A DNA stretch of 64,000 nt. Source: Cyanophora paradoxa CCMP329. Lineage: Eukaryota > Plantae > Glaucophyta. Location: NCBI GenBank assembly GCA_004431415.1, contig QPMI01000520.1, forward strand, positions 248,001 through 312,000. Direction: 5' to 3'. Below, piece by piece: positions 38,568 to 47,762 of the stretch. A program made the translations under genes and the position numbers. Numbering within the stretch: the stretch's first letter is position 1; every line of letters begins with the position of its first letter. Under the pieces are notes generated by a model, which was not told the DNA's origin, searched no databases, and saw only the letters and a list, made by a program, of their open reading frames with translations.

Positions 38568-39701
38568 CTTGCCAAATTGAAATTGAAGAGATTGTACTTG
38601 CATTGTTTGTTTAACATCTAGATCAGTGGCATCTAGATCTTTACATTGATCATGATGCATGCATTATTCATCATGGCATCATTGCATGCATAAAATATTG
38701 TTGCGTGTTACATGCATGAAATAAAATGATCAATGATTGACTTGTTCATGATCAATTCTTCTACAACCTTGCCAGGTTGTTTTTGCCAAGTTGCCAATTG
38801 AAGTGTTCAATTCTTAAGCTTCTTGCAATTGTTCATGATCAGTGCCGCAATGTGTTGCCAGGCTAGATAGCTGGCAAGGTGGTGTATTGGGGTACAGGCA
38901 GACTGAGGTACAGGGGTACAAAGCTACAGGGACTTCGACAGTATATCACTGCTGCAATACATGTTAACGTTCAAGCTTCTTGCCCACTTTCCTGCTAAGG
39001 ATTGCCCTTGCTTTGCCAGCCATGGCCAGTATTTAACACCAAAACTCGATGTTCGATGACAGATCTAGAACATAAATGATCAAAACTTTGAAATACGTAT
39101 ACATTGCATGTGCTTCTTTTGTATTGTTTTGTGATCACTTCATTGTTTCTGGATCTGTTCTGAAATGCTCTCTTCTTCAGTGCTTCAGCTTCATTTTCGT
39201 TCTTTGTAATACGATTGATCATGAACCACAAGAGATTCATGTGTGCAATTTCAAACTTCTTGCAATTGTTCAGTGCTTTAGCTCTTCTTCTCATCTTCCT
39301 GGCTAAAGCTATAGCTATAGCTAAGAATATCAAATCGCCCTTTAATTTCTTTGCCAGCCAAGAATTAAACACCAATTGCAAAGCACTGTGTTTCATGACA
39401 AACCATAAATGATGAAGCCTCGCTTTGGACTACATTGCATCTCGTGCATTGTTTCCAGATTACATGATCAGTGTTTAATTTCTACATCTTCCATGCACTC
39501 ACATCTGTGTTCTTTATGTTCAGTGCTTCAGCTTCTTCTGTTCTGTCTTTACAACTTTAGTACTTCATTCTCATTCTTTGTTCAATTAATAAGTAGTAGT
39601 AGTAGAAGTAGTACGTAGAAGAAGAAGAATAGACCACAAGAAATCAAAGACTCCTAAATAACACTGGGGGGGTGCGGGGGGGCGGAGCCCCCCTGCTTGT
39701 G
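38568..39701 (+). repeat. 1813-bp unit copy 2, right part (after the LINE)
   Basis: Matches 28041-29174 (same ORFs at offset 10527). Confidence 0.95.
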
Positions 39702-39745
39702 AGACGGGGGCCGGCGACCCCGGGCGAAAAAGTGGGACCCAGTGC

Positions 39746-39905
39746 TCATTGCGGACGCCGCGTGTCTTTCAGCTCCCCCTTCAGCGCCTCGACCTCCTCC
39801 TCCCGCATCCGCAGCTGCCGCCCCGCCTCGACCGGCGCCGGCGGCGGGGGCGGGCGGGGCGGGGCGGGAGGGGGCGCACGCTGCTGAGGGCGGCGATGTG
39901 CTCGT
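39746..39905 (-). pseudogene. Short coiled-coil gene fragment (EHIAALSS|LRMREEEVEALKGELKDTRRPQ*)
   Basis: Two in-phase exon pieces joined by a GTGCGC..CAG intron; no clear 5' end. Confidence 0.35.
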
Positions 39906-42709
39906 TCGAGGCGGCACACGGGGGGACAGTGGGGGTTCCTTTGGCTCCCAGCGTGCAGTCCCGCCGAACCGCACCTGGACTGCGCCTGGCCGGGCGGGCT
40001 GGGGCTCGGGGTCGTGCGGCCGGCCCGGCGAAGGTGCCGGCAGCGGTTCCGAGCCCGAGGACGTCCACGAGAGCGATGAGTGCGCCCGCCGCTCGCGCTC
40101 TCGCCGCTCTCGCGGCCCGTGGCTTGAGCTCGCTCCCTCCCTCCGCGCAGAGACTTCGACCTGGCCGCGCACGACCGCGACATCTTCGACCTCCGCTGGG
40201 ATCGATATCGGCTGCCTCGCGACAGGCGCGGGTTCCGATTCGGCTCGTGGTACTACAACGCGTCGACGGGGCTCTACGAGAACAAGCCCCTCGGGCTGGT
40301 AGCCCGCAAGCGGCCCGTGCCGTGCCGCTCGGAGCGCGAGGGGGGCGCGGCCCCGCTGCCGTCGGACGCGTGGACCGACCGCGGCTGGAGGGTGGAGAAG
40401 CGGCCGGACGCCGCCGGGCCGCCGGGCGATTGCGGCCGTTCGGCGTGAGGTACGTCGGCGGTGCGCCCGTGGAGTACTACGACCCCGCCTCCGGCGCCCG
40501 TGCCGACGCGTTCGACGAGAAGTGGCTCGCCAAGGTGCGCACGTCCCCCCCCCCGGGCGCCCCCCTGCGCGCGCGCGCCGCCTGAACCGCCGCGGCCCGT
40601 CAGGAGTGGGGCCGGCTCCGCTTGGAGGGCGGCTGGGAGCAGTTCTGCGAGGGCACCGCGGCGGGGCTCTTCCACTACTGCGAGCGCACGCTGGAACCCT
40701 CCCGCGTAGACGACTGGCGCGCCATCTGGACCGAGTACTACAACCTGGAGACGGACGAGATCTACAGGCCGGCGCGGCAGTGGCTGGATGCGGACCCGCG
40801 GCGCCGCGCAGGGGAGGAGCTCATGCAGTACTTCCTGGAGAACCCGGAGGACTTCGGGATTCCGGCGCGCTGGACGCATGTCACGTACATCGAGCTGCCC
40901 ATCGACGGGCACGACTTCGGCGTCCGAGAAGTGAGCGAAGGAGGCCGGACGTACAGAGACTACATCAACTTCGAGACGGGCGAGCACGCGCGCTGGATCC
41001 TCCACCGCTGGTTCACAGAGGAGAAGCCGTGCGCGCGGCCCCGCCAGCCCCCCTTTCGCCCCGCCGCCCCCCATGTCTGACGTGGGGGCGGGGGCCCGGG
41101 GCCGTGCAGCGTCGGCCCGCAGGTCCGGAGCATGTGGGAGGTGGACGACAAGCCCGTCGTCCGGCAGTTCCTCCAGGAGTGCATGGCTGCCGTCTTGGCG
41201 CGTCGCGCGGCCGTGCGGGAGCTCGCCGCGGCGCGCGCGGCGAAGGCGGCGGAGGCGGAGGAGCGCGCCGCAGCTGAGGAGGCGGCGGCGGAGGCGGCCG
41301 CGGCAGCCGAGGCGGAGGAGCGCGCCGCAGCTGAGGAGGCGGCGGCGGAGGCGGCCGCGGCAGCCGAGGCGGAGGAGCGCGCCGCAGCTGAGGAGGCGGC
41401 GGCGGAGGCGGCCGCGGCAGCCGAGGCGGAGGAGCGCGCCGCAGCTGAGGAGGCGGCGGCGGAGGCGGCCGCGGCAGCCGAGGCGGAGGAGCGCGCCGCA
41501 GCTGAGGAGGCGGCGGCGGAGGCGGCCGCGGCAGCCGAGGCGGAGGAGCGCGCCGCAGCTGAGGAGGCGGCGGCCGAGGAGGAGGCGGCGGCCGAGGCGG
41601 AGGAGCGCGCCGCAGCTGAGGAGGCGGCGGCCGAGGAGGAGGCGGCGGCCGAGGCGGAGGAGCGCGCCGCAGCTGAGGAGGCGGCGGCCGAGGAGGAGGC
41701 GGCGGCCGAGGCGGAGGAGCGCGCCGCAGCTGAGGAGGCGGCGGCGGAGGCGGCCGCGGCAGCCGAGGCGGAGGAGCGCGCCGCAGCTGAGGAGGCGGCG
41801 GCGGAGGCGGCCGCGGCAGCCGAGGCGGAGAGCGCGCCGCAGCTGAGGAGGCGGCGGCGGAGGCGGCCGCGGCAGCCGAGGCGAGGAGCGCGCCGCAGCT
41901 GAGGAGGCGGCGGCCGAGGAGGAGGCGGCGGCCGAGGCGGAGGCTGCGGACGCAGCGGCGTCGGCTAAGGTGAAGGCGAAGCTGCCGCGGCCGACCTTGG
42001 CCGGCGCGGACAGGCGGGCGGGCAGGGGAAGCGGTTGCGGCCGGCCGACGCGACGGGGGCGGGCGAGACGGCGCCCGCGTGGGAGGCCCCGGGGCGGAAG
42101 GCCGGGAAGCGGGCGACCGTGGCCGCGCCATCTCCCGCCCGGCCGTCCCCTGGGGAGACTTGGGAGTGCGCTTCTGGCGCCCCCGGGCTGCTTCGCTTCC
42201 AGCCCGTGTGGATGCCGCCGTTCGCCGAGTGTCCGACTTTTGGAACCCCGCCCGGGCAGCTGGGCGCTCAGTACGACCTGCAGCTCTTTCCCCCGTCCGC
42301 CTTCCTGCAGCAGCAGCTCTTCCTGCAGCAACAGCTCTTCCTGCAGCAACAGCTCTTCCCCCCGCCCGCCTTCCTGCAGCACCAGCTCTTCCCCCCTCTC
42401 CCGCCGGCCCCGCCCGGCCCGCCTGCCCCGCCTGCCCCGCCGGCCGTCCGGGTCCCGCCTGCCCCGTCGTCTGGACTGGCCCCGCAGCCTTGCAAGGGGA
42501 GCAAGGACATCACGCTCGACTGCATCCGGTGGTTCTTCGAGGCAGGCTGGAAGCAGAAGGCTGCGGCTCTTCACCTCGGTGTCGACCCCAACACGCTCCG
42601 CACGGCCTGCTGCAATCTCGGGGTCGACCGGTGGCCAGTTCGCTTGGAGGGCCCCAAGGGTTTCCGGCTGGCCCTCTCCAAGAGTCCCTTCGTCCCCTCC
42701 CATCCATGA
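39900..42709 (+). pseudogene. Frameshifted multi-exon gene with Trp/Tyr-rich N-terminal domain, Glu/Ala repeats and C-terminal RWP-RK domain
   Basis: KDITLDCIRWFF...AAALHLGVDPNTLRTACCNLGVDRWPVR (42503-42643) fits the RWP-RK consensus; consensus introns; frame breaks near 40430, 41830-41885 and ~42030; no clear start. Confidence 0.7.
41248..41945 (+). repeat. Coding minisatellite of 60/57-bp units (AEAEERAAAEEAAAEAAAAA), ~11-12 copies
   Basis: Directly visible near-perfect tandem repeats. Confidence 0.95.
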
Positions 42710-43109
42710 TGTGGATAGTACTGTAGCTAGTCTTCTCGCCCTTCGCTACCTGGTCCCTGCACCCACCCCTTGCTAGCTTGTTTATATACATAGTAATAGT
42801 CTCGGGTCCGGCTTTTTCTAGTTTTCGCTGGGTTATCGGTTCGGGATGAAGAGATCTAGAGCTTGACGTCAGTAATCCTCCGTCTGCATATGGTTGCGCT
42901 TAAGGGGCCCAGGCGTTTCCGCTCGGGGAAGGGGGTCGGTGATTGCGACGTGGAACCGGCGCCGGTCCCCGCATGCGCGCAGCTGGTCATATGCATGGGC
43001 CGCGGTTCAGTTAACCGGCGCCGGTCCCTGGTCAAGCTTCGAAAAAAATTCAGTTAGAAGTAAGCTTAACTTAGTATACGTAAGGTAACTTAGTAATTTT
43101 TATAAGGCG

Positions 43110-43725
43110 CTCTGGATCCACCGGGCCGGTCTGCGGCGCCATCTGCAGGCCTAGGCCGCTTTAAGGTTTTCCGTTTTCCGAAGTTCAGTTTTGCAGGTTC
43201 AACGGTTATCGTGCAATTGCAAGCGCTAGCCTAGTAGCTAAGGGCGCCCGAGCTCAGTTTTGCAGGTTCCGAAGTTCAACGGTTATCGTGCAATTGCAAG
43301 CGCTAGCCTAGTAGCTAAGGGCGCCCGAGCTCCGGATCCGGTCTGCGGCGCCAGCTGCAGGCCGCTTTAAGGTTTTCCGTTTTCAGTTTTGCAGGTTATC
43401 GTGCAAGCTAAGGGCGCCCGAGCTCCGGATCCGGTCTGCGGCGCCAGCTGCAGGCCTAGGCCGCTTAAGCTTTAAGGTTTTCCGTTTTCAGTTTTGCAGG
43501 TTATCGTGCAAAGCTAATTATAAGGGCGCCCGAGCTCCGGATCCGGTCTGCGGCGCCACTGGGGCCAGCTGCAGGCCGCTTTAAGGTTTTCCGTTTTCAG
43601 TTTTGCAGGTTATCGTGCAAAGCTAAGGGCGCCCGAGCTCCGGATCCGGTCTGCGGCGCCAGCTGCAGGCCGCTTTAAGGTTTTCCGTTTTCAGTTTTGC
43701 AGGCGCAGGCCGCTTTAAAGTTTTC
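43110..43725. repeat. Modular tandem array, 77-112 bp period, rich in palindromes
   Basis: GCGCCCGAGCTC at 43244, 43321, 43414, 43526 and 43629; core CCGGATCCGGTCTGCGGCGCCAGCTGCAGGCCGCTTTAAGGTTTTCCGTTTTCAGTTTTGCAGG. Confidence 0.9.
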
Positions 43726-44095
43726 AAGTTTCCCGCCCCATGTCACCGCTAGTAACGGCGGCCCTGGCCCCTGTGCCCGCTTCGAATTCAAAGTCGCAGT
43801 TTTCAGTCTACATACCCTTGCAATTGCCCCTTTAATTTCACGAAGAAGGTTGAATGTGGTTCAATGCATGTATTCTCTTCTGTGGTCTAATACACAGGCT
43901 GGTTTGAAAATGCTGGTTTGAAAAGCGATCTAGAGATCGATCGGACTGTACAAAGTTGACTGTGCAAAGCGGACTGACTGTATAAACGGAGGGCTGACAC
44001 ACTGCAGCCTCGAAGGGGCACATCTAGCCCTGGACATTGAAAGGTGTGACATACTACAAGGGTTCTTCGAGTCGGAAACAGAAGGAGGTCGCCGC

Positions 44096-47000
44096 TCACT
44101 TCTTCTTGCTGAGGAAGCCGAGGATGGAGGGCTGGCCCTTGCCGCCCTTGCCGCGGGCGGCACGGCGCGGGGGGCGCGGGGCGGGCCGGGTGATGACGGG
44201 GGCGACGGCGGGCAGGGCCGGGGCGGCCTCGAGGTCGATGATACCGGCCGGCGAGGGTGCCGATGCCCCCGCGGTCTCGGCCTCGGCAGCGTCCTCGGGG
44301 TCCTCCGCAACGCGCCGGCGCCGATTGACTCGCCCGCGCACCGGCGGGGTGACAGTGTCCTCGTCGCCGGAGCCGGGGCCGGCGGACGCGTGACGCTTGA
44401 GGGCAGTCGGCACCGGCCCCGGCACTGCGGGGCCCGGGGCCACGGCCGCAGAAGCCGAGGAGGAGGAGGGGGAGGAGGAGGAGGAGGAGGAGGAGGAGGC
44501 GGAGGCGGAAGCCATAGGCTGCTGAACCGGCTCGACCGGCTCGAGGAGATCCCAGTGGTTGCGCCCGTCGTGGATCATCTGCGCCGGGTAGAATGAGAAA
44601 GCCCACAGGGCGAGCCACGGGGAGCAGTAAGACAAGAGAGGACACCCTGACTGCGAGGTGCCCCGGGCTCGGCGGGTCGGCGTTCGGCGTGTAGGACCGC
44701 CGCGTCCCGTCCTGCGTGTACCTGCACGAGCGGTCTTAAGAGATAACGGTGCGTACGAGGAACAGAACGGCGCGCACGTCCCCTCGAACACCGCGGCGCC
44801 GGTCTCGTCGACGCGGTAGACGGCGACGTCGATGCCGATCATGTTCGCGACCTCGGCCACCTCGGGGATACCGCCCCAGGCCCCCGCCTCCCGCATCCTC
44901 TCCAGGTACCCATCGATGCCTCCGTGCTCGTCGAAGTCGCCCGCGACGGTGGTCGCGGCGGCATCGTCGGCGCGGGCCAGGATCCCCTGCGATGACGAGC
45001 CCGTGTGCGTCGGGGGATGCAGGGCGGGGCGCGGGGCGGGGACGGGGTGGGGGTGGGACGGCGGGCGGCAGGTCGCTAGAGGCAGGCATACGGGGGGAGA
45101 CAGACAGGCTAAATGCAAAAACGGGCGCTGGCCGCGAGCTGCACACCTCGATCTCCTCGCGGCGGGTCGCAGCGTGGTCGACGATCGCCTGGCGCAGCTC
45201 GAGTGGCGTGGTGTGGCGGTCGAGGCCGAGGCCGTGCGCATGCAGGAAGGCGTGGACCTGAGGGGGCTGGCGATGAGAGGCAGACAGATCGAAGCCGAAG
45301 GGGAGGGGGGGCGTACCGCGTGGAAGAGGCAGTCGCCGTCGCGCGGGACGATGGCGCGGTAGTGGTGCGCGCCGTCGATGTAGTACGCGAGGGGCATCTG
45401 ATGGGCCTCGTACTCGAGGATCTGCCGGGCCTCGTACTCGAGGAAGCTGACCTCGCGATCGTCATCGTCGAGCTCACCATCATCACAGCTGAACTCGCCG
45501 TCGTAGTCGAACTCGTCATATTCCGGCGCGCCGGGCACGGAGGGCCTGCGAATGAGGGTCAGAGGTTGCAGATGGGACAGAGAGAGACCACGCGCGTGTA
45601 CCCTGCACCCTCTGCGCTGGTCGGCTCTGGGCACGTAGCGTTGGCCGCGGCTGGTGGGCCGGCGCGGGCCGGGGTGCGCGCCGCGTCACGGGCCCGAGCG
45701 TCGCGGGCCCGATCGATCGCATCGCCTGTCGCGCGGGCCTCCCGTTTGATCTGGCTGATGGCCGCGGTGCCGAGCTGGAACGGACGGACACCCGTGCGGC
45801 GGAGCTTGTCCTTCAAGTCCCGCTCGATGGCGCTGATACCGAGAAAACCGTGCTTTTTGCACGTCCCCGTCATGAACTCGACGAACTGCGACAACGTCAA
45901 CCCGAAGAAGATCGCACGCTAGAGCGCGGAGGGGACGCGGACCGTTGCATTGTCGTGGAATTCGCCGATTGGACGGAAGCCTCCGTCCAGTATAACCAGC
46001 TCGTAGCTGTAGCCGTTGCGCTTGGCGTTGTCGAAGGCCGCTGCGTACTTGACAGTGTGTTGGTCTATCCTGTCAGTTGGTTCCCGCACACATGACTGGA
46101 CCAGCGTTTTCACCGTCTTGACCTGCCGACGGGTGCGCATCAGAAAAGAAAAAGGGCGAGCGCCGTACGCGTGAGCGACCAGCCCACACCTCGATGCCCC
46201 TTTTGAGCTTCGGCTTGCCGTTCGCGTCGAGACACATCGAGCCGTTTGCGTGCACCTCGAACACGCCAATGTCGAAGGTGTACGTGCCCTCCTGCCTGCC
46301 CGCTTTGATGTACCTGCATACACAGAGTCAGATCGCCGGTGACCCCCCAATTCCTCTATGGAAAGGGTGTGTGGGGATGAGAGAAAGGGATGCAGAGAGA
46401 AAGAGAAAGAGAAAGAGAGATTAACTTTTTAGGAGAATGAAACTATGTGAAAGAGAAAAAGAGAAAGAGATGCAGGAGATACATACGGCATTGCGAGTTG
46501 TTCCCGGAACTTCGACCCGTCGAACGGGGTACGGATGCTGCTCGCGACGACTCCGTCGCGCCGGACCAGTATCTCGACCATGGCGGACTCCTGTCGAGGG
46601 GGTCAGGAGGGGAAGGGGGAGCCGGGGCGGGGCGGGGTTGTCACCGCTTGTGACTGCGTGACGACGATCTCCGTCTCCCCCGCAAACGTGCCGTCCGCAT
46701 ACCGGAAGTTATGCGAGCGCCGGGATCCCGCGAGTGCGTGCGGCTGTGCACCCAGTGTGACACAAGGATACGAAAAGGACACGAAAAGGTATGAACTGAC
46801 CCGTATGGCACCTATGTGCATCAGAGACGCAAGCTGGACGCGCTCAAGAATCTCCGGGTTCTGCAGCGCGTGGCGGTAGCCCGTGCGCGCCTCCAGCGTA
46901 TCCTGTTGCCGCTCACGGGTCTCCGGGTTCTGCAGCGAGTGGCGGTGGCCCGTGCGCGCCTCCAGCGTATCCTGCTGCCGCCGAACACTCTCCGGGTTGT

Positions 47001-47733
47001 GCATCGCGTTGCGGTGGCCCGTGCGCGCCTCCAGCGTATCCTGCTGCCGCCGAACACTCTCCGGGTTGTGCATCGGGTTGCGGTAGCCCGTGCGCGCCTC
47101 CAGCGTATCCCGCATCCGCAGAACACTCTCCGGGTTGTGCATCGCGTGGCGGTGGCCCGTGCGGGCCTCCAGCGTATCCTGTTGCCGCTCACGGGTCTCC
47201 GGGTTCTGCAGCGCGTGGCGGTGGCCAGTGCGGGCCTCCAGCGTATCCTGTCTCTTCTGAGCCCGGCTGAGGTAACTGCACGGCCTGCATCTCCCGTTGA
47301 GAACCCCGCGCGCGAGCCTGCCCGCGTTCATGACTCTGGTTGCGTTGTGCGGGCATCTGCGGGCCATTTCTTTTCGAGTCAGGCGAAAGACCCGAATGAT
47401 GCAGGCGAGAACAATGCAAGCGAGCTTTGCGCACTCCACGGTCCCTTCTGACGACGGGCCAGGGCACTTGACTTCGACTTCAGAGTTGAAACCATTGAAC
47501 GGTTCGACGAACCTGGCGGTAGGGGCGCGGGCGTCCGAATGAGTTGTCTGAGACACCGATATGTAAAAAGCTCCGCACCCGACGACCGAGATGCCCCGCT
47601 CTTCGATCCTCTTCGTCAGACTCTCCCTCGTCAATGGGCGGCCGCCAGCCACAGACACGACAAAGTGAGACAGGAGCAGTACAACCAGCGCCCAGCCGGT
47701 CGCCTTCGACCGACGCTCGCGAACTCCCGCCAT
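44096..47733 (-). CDS. Putative multi-exon fusion: Zn-ribbon + 23-aa repeats + PD-(D/E)xK endonuclease + OTU cysteine protease + PIP box
   Basis: KC..ECPH..GRCRPC; 6x QDTLEARTGHRHALQNPE; TQSQAE..YTFDIG..IEVKT..NGYSYELVILD; OTU VPRDGDCLFHAV..LRQAIVD..YLERM..AWGGIPEV..NHWDLL; C-terminal QPSILGFL. Exons splice in phase; the join across the TAG at 45919-45921 needs a 24-nt intron. Confidence 0.7.
46836..47250 (-). repeat. Six 69-bp coding repeats (23 aa)
   Basis: CTCCAGCGTA at 46891, 46960, 47029, 47098, 47167 and 47236. Confidence 0.95.
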
Positions 47734-47762
47734 ATCGCTCCAAACCTCTCGTCCCTGTACCC

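Larger units (their letters stand above)
27300..47762. mobile_element. Composite/nested insertion splitting the MCT gene
   Basis: Lies between MCT TM1 (ends 27252) and the next MCT segment SVFILPYAKAF (starts 47763); contains repeats, a LINE and atypical genes; left boundary approximate (27290-27315). Confidence 0.75.

Noticed and set aside
27360-39701. A-B-A-[ORFs]-B layout as a split-direct-repeat (PAT/Ngaro/TOC1-like) or LTR retroelement
   Set aside because: No tyrosine recombinase, integrase or LTR-type RT. The TSD, (CTT)n tail and adjacent empty site explain the pattern more simply as a LINE inserted into one copy of a tandem dimer.
43110-43725. CRISPR-like array
   Set aside because: No unique spacers, no cas genes, eukaryotic context
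47640-47733. Signal-peptide-like N-terminus on the nuclease-OTU gene
   Set aside because: Hydrophobic stretch is visible, but the true start is uncertain and secretion conflicts with the PIP box and nuclease; not claimed
39702-47762. Autonomous Helitron/Helentron or endogenous giant virus
   Set aside because: OTU is present, but no HUH Rep, PIF1 helicase, polymerase, capsid or packaging ATPase motifs were seen
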